Assembly (NCBI GenBank): GCA_013265495.1
Contig: MU058198.1
Location: 2,182,419-2,246,418 of the forward strand
From: Vicugna vicugna
Taxonomy: Eukaryota
Direction: 5' to 3'
Length of the DNA: 64,000 bases
The notes beneath the pieces were generated by a model that was given only the letters and a program-made list of their open reading frames with translations, searched no databases and had not been told where the DNA came from. The position numbers and the translations under genes are program-made. Shown here in pieces: positions 53,771 to 64,000 of the stretch (within the stretch, counting starts at the first letter, position 1; every line of letters starts with the position of its first letter).

Positions 53771-56139
53771 TCCGATTTTCCCTTTGAAGTCTGTGTGGTT
53801 ATAATTTTGCTTTATTTTAGGCCCGGGAGCTATAATAATCCTAATAATAAACTTCATTTTATGGAGTATCTTTCATTCTAGCGCATCACAGAACGCTTTA
53901 GAGATCCTAATAGTAGTTACAAAATTAAATAACACATTAGAGTTGCAGGCAGCCCAGTAGCAATGCCTGCTGGAACACCACGGAGCTGTAGGCAGCAGAG
54001 ACAAGGTGTTGCCCTCAGGAAAGAGGTAGGCATCTTTCTGAAGGGTATCCCAGGTGAATGCCTTTGCAGGATTTTTCTCAGCTTGGGCCGCCACACACGC
54101 TCACACGCTCACACGCTCACACTCACACCCACACCCACACCCAGACCTGTGAGACCAAACCTTTAATTAATGTAACAGCTGTCAGGAGAGCTGATGGGAA
54201 TTAAGGAATGAGCTTGTCTTTTAACTGCTTGTTCAGTGCAGGTGAAGGGAATAATGGGTGTTGGGAATGTCAGGCTCCCTCCATGAATAATTTGTTGTAA
54301 GAATGTATCACTGTGCTGTCAAACTTACTTCTTAAGTATTACTTATGGTTCTGTATTTATCCTGCAATATTTTTAGCTCTTAAAAAAGGCTGTGGCTGGG
54401 ACATTTGTTGCTTCCTCCTCCCTTCTCTCCCCCATCTAGACCTAGTAACACAAAATTGTGCTGTCAGATACACTGGTTATTAAAATATCACTCTAGAAAA
54501 TTCCGCTCTGCCTAGATAGTCTTAGCAGAGCTCTTAATTGTAAAGCGTAGAAAATTATTATGTGACCTGTTAGAGGTGTTAGTTAATGCTACAGTGGTAA
54601 TACTGCAATATATAAATGTACAAATCAACACTTTGTGCACCTTAAACATATACAGTGTTATCTGTCAGTTACATGTCAACTTTTTAAAATCGTAAAGCAT
54701 AAAAAGAAAATGTCAGAATGGTTTAGAATTTGATGAAACTATGGGCTTTGTTTCTGAAAATGTTGTTGATGTCAGTGTTACTACTAGTTTGTACAGTTTT
54801 CCGTGTGACGTCCAGTTCATGATCTGTTGTTTTTAATCCTGATTATATGTGCAGTGACTCCTTTTATGAGACTTTCTTTACATACTTAGGGCAAAGAGGT
54901 TTCATTGTTCTTGCAAATCTTTTTTGCAGAGAAGTTTCAAGTAGAATCCCAATGTACAAAATAGACTAAATGTCCCTGGAAAAGATATAGTTGAGAGGGG
55001 AAGAAAGAGATAAGTAATAGCGTAACATTCCTGAGAAGATGTTATGCACTATTACATGCAAAAGAAAGCAAAGATAGAATGAATACAACTCTTTCAAATT
55101 AGGCAAAGTCATCAGCTGTGAGTTGCCTTGGAGATGGGAGGGACAGAAGTCCAAGGTTTGAAAGAAGTAGGAAATATTTGAAATAAGTAAATAGCTACAA
55201 GAGAGAGCATGCAGTGGGAGACACAGTAGGATTCTCTAGCAGTATGGAAACCTCATTGAAGTCAGTGGTCATGAACATACAGTGTGGTTAGCCATCTGCC
55301 TTGGACCTTCTGTAGTAGTGCTCAGCTGCTTTGGCACCAGTGTGTGTTGGAAGCTAATAGAAGGCTTCATTCAGGGTTAGGGTTTGCCAGGTAAGTAACG
55401 AAATGCCAGAGGAACAAAGGTGCTTAGGGTGTTAGACAGTGTTGTAATGATGGCTCATGAAATTTCAGCTGGATAGAGTAAGAGTGAAAAAGGAAAGAGC
55501 TATTTGATGTATTGGTCAACAAATAGCTGATGGTATGTGGTCAGTGGAATAGTGGAGCTGGATCCAATAGAGTTGAATACTTGACCTAGAGTGACTGATA
55601 CAGCAAAGTGGAAGGGCAGGGGATTGTGGGCACAAGGTCTAGGGTGTGGCAGTGGTGATGTGTGGTGGAGGAGGTGATTTTTTTTTTCTAACAGTTTCCC
55701 TTGCCATCTCAAGATATTCTTCAAATATTCTGTGGCTAGAAAGAGGAATAAGAAGAGATAGTAAGAACAGTAGGAAATTTTTCAAAATCATACCTAACCC
55801 ATATTTCTTAGGTCAATTATGTCAGATAGTAAGGCCCCTAAAACTTAAAATGAATGAGATAGTATGTTCCTTTGTTCACTCTTGGGTTTTTGCACTGTAA
55901 TAAGATGCACCTGAACTTCTAGTGTTTGAGTTCACTGTACTCTATTTATTGAAGTATAGTCAGATCACTGTTCACTCTTACCTGAGCAGATAGATCCAGT
56001 CTTCAGTAAAAAAAAAAAAAAAATCAGTGTAGAGTTACACCTTCCAAATCAATGAAACATTTACGGGAAGTTCAAATAAGATCTCAGAAGTGACAGGACT
56101 AGCTTTATGCTAAGATCTGCATAAAAGTGACTTAACCTG

Positions 56140-56186
56140 CACGACATTGTAAAATTATTATAAATCAATTAAAAAATGTTAAAAAA
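56140..56186 (+). mobile_element. 47-bp extreme 3' L1 tail with a 17-bp TSD
   Basis: cacgacattgtaaaattattataaatcaattaaaaaatgttaaaa matches 61843-61890. TSD aaaagtgacttaacctg at 56123-39 and 56187-203. Confidence 0.85.
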
Positions 56187-58944
56187 AAAAGTGACTTAAC
56201 CTGGCAACAAAAAGTTAATGTGTTGGTTCTCTCTGGTGCATTATACATCGTATAAAAGTCTTGATTATAATGTTTTTACTGCAGTTTTTTTAAATGGATG
56301 AAATACATTTTGAAAGTAGAACTTCTGGAGCTGAAAGGTGCTGCAGAATGTAGTTTGAAAACCACTGCAGTAAACTACTAAGGGGAAGTTTAAGGATTCA
56401 AACCCAAACTTTATCACTTACTAACTCTGACTTTGGATAAGTTACCTAGCCTCTCTATTTTCAGCTCCTTTTCTGTAAAATAGGGATAGTGATAGTATCC
56501 ATCTCAATGGGTTATTGTGAGATTAAGACATGTAAAACATTTAGAACAGTGCCTGACACATAATAGGTGCTCAGTAAAAGTTAAATATTGTTATATTGCT
56601 GTTGTACTTTATAACAGGTGTCAGAATCCCAGTTTTGAAACTAAAGCTTAGAACTGACACATTTTCGTTATTTAGATGTTCTTGGAAATAAAAAAACATC
56701 AAGAATGATATGGCCATGCTTAGCACAAGTCAAATTTTTTTTTTCCCTCTTGGCTTTGGACTTCTCCATCACTGTTCCTTCTCTCAGTCTCTCATTTCTA
56801 TATTCTAGTCTCTACTTCTCAGCTTCTACTTGAACTGCCTCAAAAGGAAATGAAATATCCCCAAACAAAAAATAGAGTAACTTCCTAAAATCTCGACTAA
56901 TAAACTATATTACCATAAGATTATGGACCATGCTTCATACTGACAGCTTTTGGTTTGTTTTTATAGTATTGGTCCAAATACAGAAAAAGTATGTTCGTTT
57001 AATTGTCATCTGTGTGATGGCATTTCCTGAGTTTGTTCTAATCACTTGTGGATAACACATAAACTTTTGAAGATATGAGACAAATAGATATTACATATAT
57101 GGGGAAAATACATGGATGGGCACTTTATTAAGGATTGTTAGCAGTTTCTGTTAATATAATAACATATTAAATACTAGGTGAATATAATGGCAAAATTACA
57201 TTAATTTTGCTATGCTGGTGTCAAATTTCTGCTAATTATTGAAACTCAACATCAAAACAGTATCTTTCATTTTATATAGTGCTATACAGTTTTTGAAGCC
57301 CTTTGACATCCATAACTTGATTCCTTAGGCCTTTTATATTTGACCAATGTAAAAATAGTCGTTTCCACATTTTTTCCCACATCAGTGATTTGCACATGAG
57401 ATTTGAGTTTCAGTGTTGTAAAGACTCCATTCAAGAAAACTCTTCGTTGAAGTATTACCTATATTTTATTTACTCACACCTTTTATTTACTTAAATGAGG
57501 TTAAAATTCTCTAGTGGCTGAAATTTTTGCCAGGATACAGAAGAAGAAAAGGAAATTTGGTTTTCAGTCTTAAATTGATGTCCTTTGCTTTGAGCCCTTA
57601 ACCTCGCTGTCATTGTTTTCTCATCCCTAAAGAGACAAAGTTTTTGTGAAAGAATGTTTTAGTTTTAATGAGTTAATTTTAACAAGATCAACAGTAAACA
57701 AAGCTGCTTCTGATAAATATGAATGATCTAGAGATCCTTTTATTGAGGCACCATCCCTTTATAGTGACCATTTTCAGTGACCCTTTAGGTCCCTTTCAGT
57801 GACCATTTAGGATTATACCATCCTAAATCATTCTACATGTATTTACTTCGTGTTCTTTATGATTTCCCAGAAGTCTCTTCCAGCACATGAAAGAACTTGA
57901 ACTTCTTCCTTCCGTCTAATTAAAATTTCTCTCTTTAGAATTGGTTATCATATTCATGTAGTAGTCTATCAGTGTATTCCTGAAAATATTTTCATTCTTT
58001 TTCCTTTTGAAATTGTTTAGATTGGATGTTAGAGTGTTTAAGGAGCCTCAATAATACCCTCATCTCTACTATATTCTGAACTAGTTGAGAAAAAGAAAAG
58101 GAAAAAAGATAATTAGGAGCCAAAATATAATTTTATTACTGTTGAAGAGGATGTTGGAGAATGCGGCTTTTATCTGTGGACAAGCAGCTTCCTCTTTCTG
58201 GTCCTCGAAACTGAACAGACTGAACTGTTCAATCCCAGGCAGGATTGGAGGACCTGCCCTATACGCCTGAAAGAACAGAAGAGATGAGTGTTGCCTTTAG
58301 GCAACTTGCTCCCAAAGGCAAAAAGTTGGACCACTTAGGCCCAGCTTTTTTCTCCTAAACTGCCTGTCAAATGAAGTCATTCCTCCTGACCTGGGAAGGA
58401 TTGAATGAGGGGACAGAGATAAACTAAAATATTCCGATAGCTGCACCTCCACCCTTCCCCTCATGGATAGAAGCATCAGAAATGGGGAGAAAGCCCTACC
58501 TGGTTGAAACCCAGGAGATGACTGACATGTTGTGAGGACAAGCTTTCTTTTTCCTCAAGTGCAAAGACTGCCAGATGCTTGTGGAAATGAAAGACTTGGG
58601 GGTAGGGGGAGGTTTCATTTCTCATTCTGTTACCCACTACCCTCTCCACAGGAAATTTTGGTAAACCTCAGATAGGGGACTGTGGGCTGGGTGTATATTA
58701 TGTAAGAGGTCAAGATCTACAGTAGGTCCTGGCTTACAAATTGGGAATCTTTGGTTTAAAACATTAAAATTGCAGACCTACTTATTAAATACTAGAAAAT
58801 TATTAAATAATAAGCTCTTGCTCCTGAGCTGTGACTTCAATAATCGCAAGATTGGTTAGGCGTGAAGGAGCTCTGTAACATCAGTTGTGAAACAGACAGA
58901 CCTACCTAGAACTTGGTTTTGTTCATCACTTTCATGTCTAGATT

Positions 58945-59065
58945 GTTTTTTTTATGTAGGGGGAGGTGATTAGGTTTATTTATTTAATAGAGGTACTAGA
59001 AATTGAACCCAGGACCTCATGCATGCTAAGGCATGCACTCTACCACTGAGCTGTACCCTCCCCCC
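58945..59065 (-). mobile_element. tRNA-Ala-derived SINE (Vic-1-like)
   Basis: gaacccaggacctcatgcatgctaaggcatgcactctaccactgagctgtaccctccccc with a T-rich tail to its left. Confidence 0.85.
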
Positions 59066-59219
59066 AGTTTTGTTGGTCACCTTGGACATGACTTGCAGAG
59101 AAGGACAGAATTGGGTTACCCAAGAGGGCAACAGTCTTGAAATTGTGCTCGCCTTTAACTTCAGAAGCATTAACAAAATTTCTTCAATGGCCTTTTGAGT
59201 CTTTTTCCAGTAAAATTCT

Positions 59220-59635
59220 TTTTTTAAAAAACACCTTTGTTGAGATATAATTCACATAACCATAAAATTCACCATTTAAAGTGTATAGTGCAGTGGCTTT
59301 TAGAAGTATTCATAAAGTTGTGCCACCATCACCACAATCAATTTTAGCACATTCTCAGTACTCCAAAAAGAAACCCCACATCCCTTAGCCATCACCCCCC
59401 AACTTCCTGTCTTAGGCAGTCAGCTTTCTGTCTTCACAGATTTGCCTATTGGACATTGTATATAAATGGATCATACAATATGTGGTCTTTTGTGATTGGC
59501 TTCTTTCACTTAGCGTAATGTTTTCAAGGTTCATCCATATTAAAGCAAATATCAGTATTTCACTTCTTACTGTGAAATAGTGTGGTGTATCCCCATTTAT
59601 TTATCCATTCATCAGGTGATGGACTTTTGGACTAG
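59220..59635 (-). mobile_element. Old L1M 3' end
   Basis: gagatataattcacataaccataaaattcacc...ttcaaggttcatccat, reverse L1 3'UTR. Confidence 0.8.
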
Positions 59636-60541
59636 TAAATTTCTTTTCCTTCCAAGAATAACACTTCTTCATCGTGGTAAAGTGGTATAAAATTTTTTTC
59701 TTTGGTTTTTTGAAAAAGGTGACGGTATTATTTCAGCATATTAAAGAAGAACTTCGAATAAAAATTCAAAGATCAGTCTTTTTGCAGTATTCACAGGTCA
59801 TTCATCAAGCTTGAAATCACTTATGATACTGTGAATTTAACAGCATAGGCCAGATTTTCCAATATGAGATTAGATTTCCTGAACAAAGCATTTATTTCCT
59901 TTACAACCTTAGTTCTAGAAGACCTCTCTTTTTACCATTATCAACAGAGATGTAGCCACTTCAGGATGAAGGGTGTAAGCTAGTTGGCCTAAAAGTTTTG
60001 GAGAAGGGGAGTTTGGGACCAAGAATGTGGACAGAAGCTATGAGTGAATGGAAATATCTAAATGGAAGGAGATTCTCAGGAAGATATTACAGAGTCATGA
60101 CTGCTGTTGCGTTTATTAGGCTGACCAGACTTGTTGAATTCTTCATCACTTGGCTGCCTGAGCCCCTATCAAAGCTGGCATAGTAACGGTCATATATGTC
60201 AGTCTCCACTGTTCAGCTTAGTGTGACCTAAAATAATGTTGTTTAACCCCCTTCCTGATAAATACTGAGTTTGTATTGGAGTTGCAGTGTAGTAGAATAG
60301 TCCTATGGGATTTGAGTCAGACATATCTAGATTTGCTTCTTGGATTCCCTTTTTATGAGCTTTATGATTTGGGGCAGGTAATTTGACTTCTTAGCTATAA
60401 AATGAGGATGATGTATTTATCTCAAAGGATGGTTGTGAGGAAATAAAATATGGCATATGAAGAACTAGCATATAGTCTAATACATAGCAAATGCTCAAAT
60501 GTTAGTCATTATTATATGAAAGATTAAAACATCTGAATTTA

Positions 60542-61943
60542 GTGGAGAGGGTGTAGCTCAGTGGTAGAGTGTGTGCTTAGCATGCACGAGGTCCTAGGTT
60601 CAATCCCCAGTACTGCCATTAAAAATAAATAAACCTGACAGCAGCATGTAAAACAATGAAGCTAGAACACACCCTTACACCATATACAAAAATCAACTCA
60701 AAATGGATTAAAGACTTAAACATAAGACAAGATACAATAAACCTCCTAGAGGAAAACATAGGCAAAACATTATCTGACATACATTTCAAAAATTTTCTCC
60801 TAGAAGAAATAAAAGCAAGAATAAACAAATGGGACCTAATGAAACTTACAAGCTTCTGCAGAGCAAAGGAAACCAGAAATAAAACAAGAAGAAAACCTAC
60901 GGAATGGGAGAAAATTTTTGCAAGTGAAACCGACAAAGGCTTGATCTCCAAAATATATAAGCAGCTCATACGACTCAATAAGAAAAAAATAAACAACCCA
61001 ATCCAAAAATGGGCAGAAGACCTAAACAAGCAATTCTCCAAGGAAGACATACAAATGATCAAAAAGCACATGAAAAAATGTTCAATATCACTAATTATCA
61101 GAGAAATGCAAATCAAAACTACAATGAGGTATCACCTCACACCAGTCAGAATGGCCGTCATTCAAAAATCCAAAAATGACAAATGCTGGAGAGGCTGTGG
61201 AGAAAGGGGAACCCTCCTACACTGCTGGTGGGAATGCAGTTTGGTGCAGCCACTATGGAAAACAGTGTGGAGATTCCTCAAAAGACTAGGAATAGACTTA
61301 CCATATGACCCAGGAATCCCACTCCTGGGCTTGTATCCAGAAGGAAATCTACTTCAGGATGACACCTGCACTCCAATGTTCATAGCAGCACTATTTACAA
61401 TAGCCAAAACATGGAAACAGCCTAAATGTCCATCAACAGGTGACTGGATATAGAAGATGTGGTATATTTATACAATGGAATACTACTCAGCCATAAAAAC
61501 CGACAACATAACGCCATTTGCAGCAACATGGATGCTCCTAGAGAATGTCATTCTAAGTGAAGTAAGCCAGAAAGAGAAAGAAAAATACCATATGAGATCA
61601 CTCATATGTGGAATCTAAAGACTCATGGACAGAGAATACAGACTTGTGGTTACCAGGGGGGTAGAGGGTGGGAAGGGATAGACTGGGATTTCAAAATTGT
61701 AGAATAGATAAACAAGATTACACTGTATAGCACAGGGAAATATACACAAAATGTTATGATAAATCACAGAGAAAAAAATGTGACAATGAGTGTGTATATG
61801 TCCATGAATGACTGAAAAGTTGTGCTGAACACTGGAATTTGACACAACATTGTAAAATGATTATAAATCAATAAAAAATGTTAAAAAATAAATAAATAAA
61901 TAAATAAACCTAAAAATAAAAAATAAATTAAAAGGCAAAAAAA
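60542..61943 (+). mobile_element. tRNA-Ala-derived SINE (head 60542-60636, tail 61912-61943) interrupted by an L1
   Basis: Head contains A box tagctcagtgg and B box ggttcaatcc. Outer TSD atctgaattta at 60531-41 and 61944-54. Confidence 0.85.
60637..61897 (+). mobile_element. Young 5'-truncated LINE-1 (ORF2 C-terminus, 3'UTR, A-tail)
   Basis: 265-aa ORF with the L1 ORF2 C-terminal CCHC-region motif ([18 protein letters not shown]). After a single TAG the frame continues to ...SLICGI* at 61618. AATAAA at 61870. TSD aaataaataaacct. Confidence 0.95.
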
Positions 61944-64000
61944 ATCTGAATTTAAAAGTATTTCCCTTTTGTATTATGTTTTATTTACTTATATCTTGTT
62001 GTAAAAAGAGATTTAAGGCAACATGGTATGTCTGCATTGAGTATTTCTGAAACCCAGCTTGGAAGGGTGGGATGGGGGCAGTCTCTGGGAAGAGAGACTG
62101 AAATCCATTGGAGTGGTAATATAAACATAATGGGATACATACAAGTATTAAAACCAAGGAATGCATTGGGTTTATATATTTCTGGAACAGGCTGAAGAGG
62201 TTTTCTAAGTGAAAGGCAGCCTAGCATTGTGAAAAGGGCACACAGGTTTTAGGGTCAAACCAACATGTAGTCAAATCCCATTCCCACTATTTACTAGCCA
62301 AGTAGTTGATCTTAGATAAGTTGTAGTTGAGGGTTTTTATTAATAAAAAGTAGGACATTCAGACTTGGTTTATACCTCTTGTAGCATTTCCAGTTGTTAT
62401 GCAGATTCAGACCTCAACTTTCTGTTCTCTTACAGATTAAAGAGTAATATCTGCAGGGAATCGTGAAAATCAATTTAGTTATTTTTAAAGGAATATAGTG
62501 GTCTGGGCTGTGAAGTCAATTAGTCTCACCTCAGACTGAAAATAAGTTTGAAATATATGAGAGAGTTGTTTCTTAATAGAAACCTGACAAAAAGTACAGC
62601 TGAAATTTTAGTTTTTATAGAATAAAATTTCTTGTAGTTGTCATTGACTTCTGCAATGCAACTGTGAGATTTTGGTTTTTATCTATACCCTATTTCAATA
62701 CGTACTCAAGCAGTGGGCCATATTACATAACCTTTAAGGGGAAATTTAGGTACATAATGAGGTATTGCTGTTTATGAAATTGTTGAATTGTAAGTAAGAG
62801 CTTAACCATGCAACTTGAATGGATATTGTTTACATAGTAACCTTGTTTTATATCCTCTAAATAACCCAAGAAACTAGGTTGTACAATGACAGCAATGACA
62901 ATATATAGGTCTAGTTTCATATATATAGCTTTAGCTGTCTATGATGATTTATGTACACATAACATTCAAATCTTTTTGGCCATAAGGATGTTTTATTTTC
63001 AAGCTCTGAATTCACACATTTTTGCCCAAGTACTTTTTAGAATTCTTTGCCCAAATAGCATGTAGCTGCAAAAAAGTTTAATACCTACAAAACCTGATCC
63101 AATTGGTAACAACAGATTGGGTGTAGTGGTTACATTATTTTATTCTTTATTGAGTGTAGACTGATGAAAAAGCAGTATTTAGGAAAGCCATTGTTGAAAT
63201 ACTGGAGAGGTTAGGTAAGAGCCATGAGGGAACTTAAGGATCTTTGAAAATCAAGGGACCTGAAAGTAAATATCTGGATCAAAATCAGTTTTCAATAATA
63301 TACCTCTGTAAACTTTACTATGTATTCTCTTGGTAGCTCTAATTACAGGGAGGAGAATCCTTAACAAATTTGCCATGAGCAGATAGAATGTAATAGTCCT
63401 TTGGGATTTATTGCTTTAGAGTTGACAGAATAAAGAAGCATATGGATTTGGCTGTTGCTATCAGTGATACTTACATGCATTTATGAGTATATACCAACCA
63501 GCATGTATAGTTTGCTTATATTAAGTTTCAACGTTTGGCTTCAATTCAGCTTTGAAGTAAACTGACATTTCTTTGAATTGCTGCTTTTTTTTTTTTTAAT
63601 TAGGCCGAAAGGCTGCACTTTTTTTTGTGTCTCTTTATACTAGCTTTACTATAAATAAAAGGTCACATTTGGCATTTTGACACTTGCTGTTGTGTATTGT
63701 ATACTGAGCAAAAAGGCAGCTGTTGACTTTTAATATAGATCTGTTCAACCAGGGACCATATACTGCTATCGTTAGAGATAAAACAAGAGTAAAGAAAAAT
63801 GCAGTTGGTTGGGTCAAGTAAGAAAATGGGAGAGGAGGAGGCTAGGTCTCTCTGTTTGTGGTGTATTCACAGTAAATTCTTCACCTGGAACATTGTTGTA
63901 TCTACTTTCTACTACAATGGAACTGTTTTTTTTTTTTCCAAAAGTATATAGGACATGTTCAAATGAAAGCAAAGATCTCCAAGGCCATCTCATTTATGAC

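Noticed and set aside
52703..53881. Several long overlapping ORFs (93-233 aa) on both strands at the MOSMO island
   Set aside because: Arg/Gly/Pro-rich by-products of high GC content. Only 52977-53082 matches a real protein and ends at a splice donor.
57762..57811. Short imperfect tandem repeat (cagtgacc[a/c]ttt); similar small duplication at ~34050-34083
   Set aside because: Ordinary slippage repeats with no spacer structure; not CRISPR-like or functional-looking.
60542..60618. Possible tRNA-Ala(AGC) gene (also at 23189, 34710, 58945)
   Set aside because: A-rich tails, TSDs and mutated stems mark these as SINE copies, not functional tRNA genes.
60619..61116. 165-aa hydrophobic minus-strand ORF
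   Set aside because: Antisense reading of L1 ORF2, a common artefact.

Overview
This is eukaryotic (mammalian) genomic DNA, not a prokaryotic or accessory region. Repeat content, notably a tRNA-Ala-derived SINE resembling the camelid Vic-1 family, suggests a camelid (inference). It is the conserved ABCA14/15/16-like - UQCRC2 - PDZD9 - MOSMO synteny block. It holds: (1) the last three coding exons of an ABCA3-related transporter on +, with an intact frame and a ~10.8 kb L1-filled intron; (2) the complete 14-exon UQCRC2 on +, whose exons sum to 1362 nt = 453 aa + stop, all introns GT-AG; (3) the complete 4-coding-exon PDZD9 on -, 789 nt = 262 aa + stop, tail-to-tail with UQCRC2; (4) the CpG-island promoter, first coding exon and start of intron 1 of MOSMO on +. 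The rest is mostly L1, L2/MIR, DNA-transposon, LTR and SINE remnants. I found no new multi-gene system. The most notable oddities are: no canonical PDZD9 poly(A) hexamer before the antisense UQCRC2 last exon, plus a perfect minus-strand splice donor; two near-perfect tandem duplications each joined by one untemplated A (probable assembly artefacts); a templated insertion; a two-LTR ERVL remnant; a young L1 nested in a SINE; and a strong G-quadruplex motif abutting the MOSMO start codon. Repeat family names come from recognition only, not from a database search.
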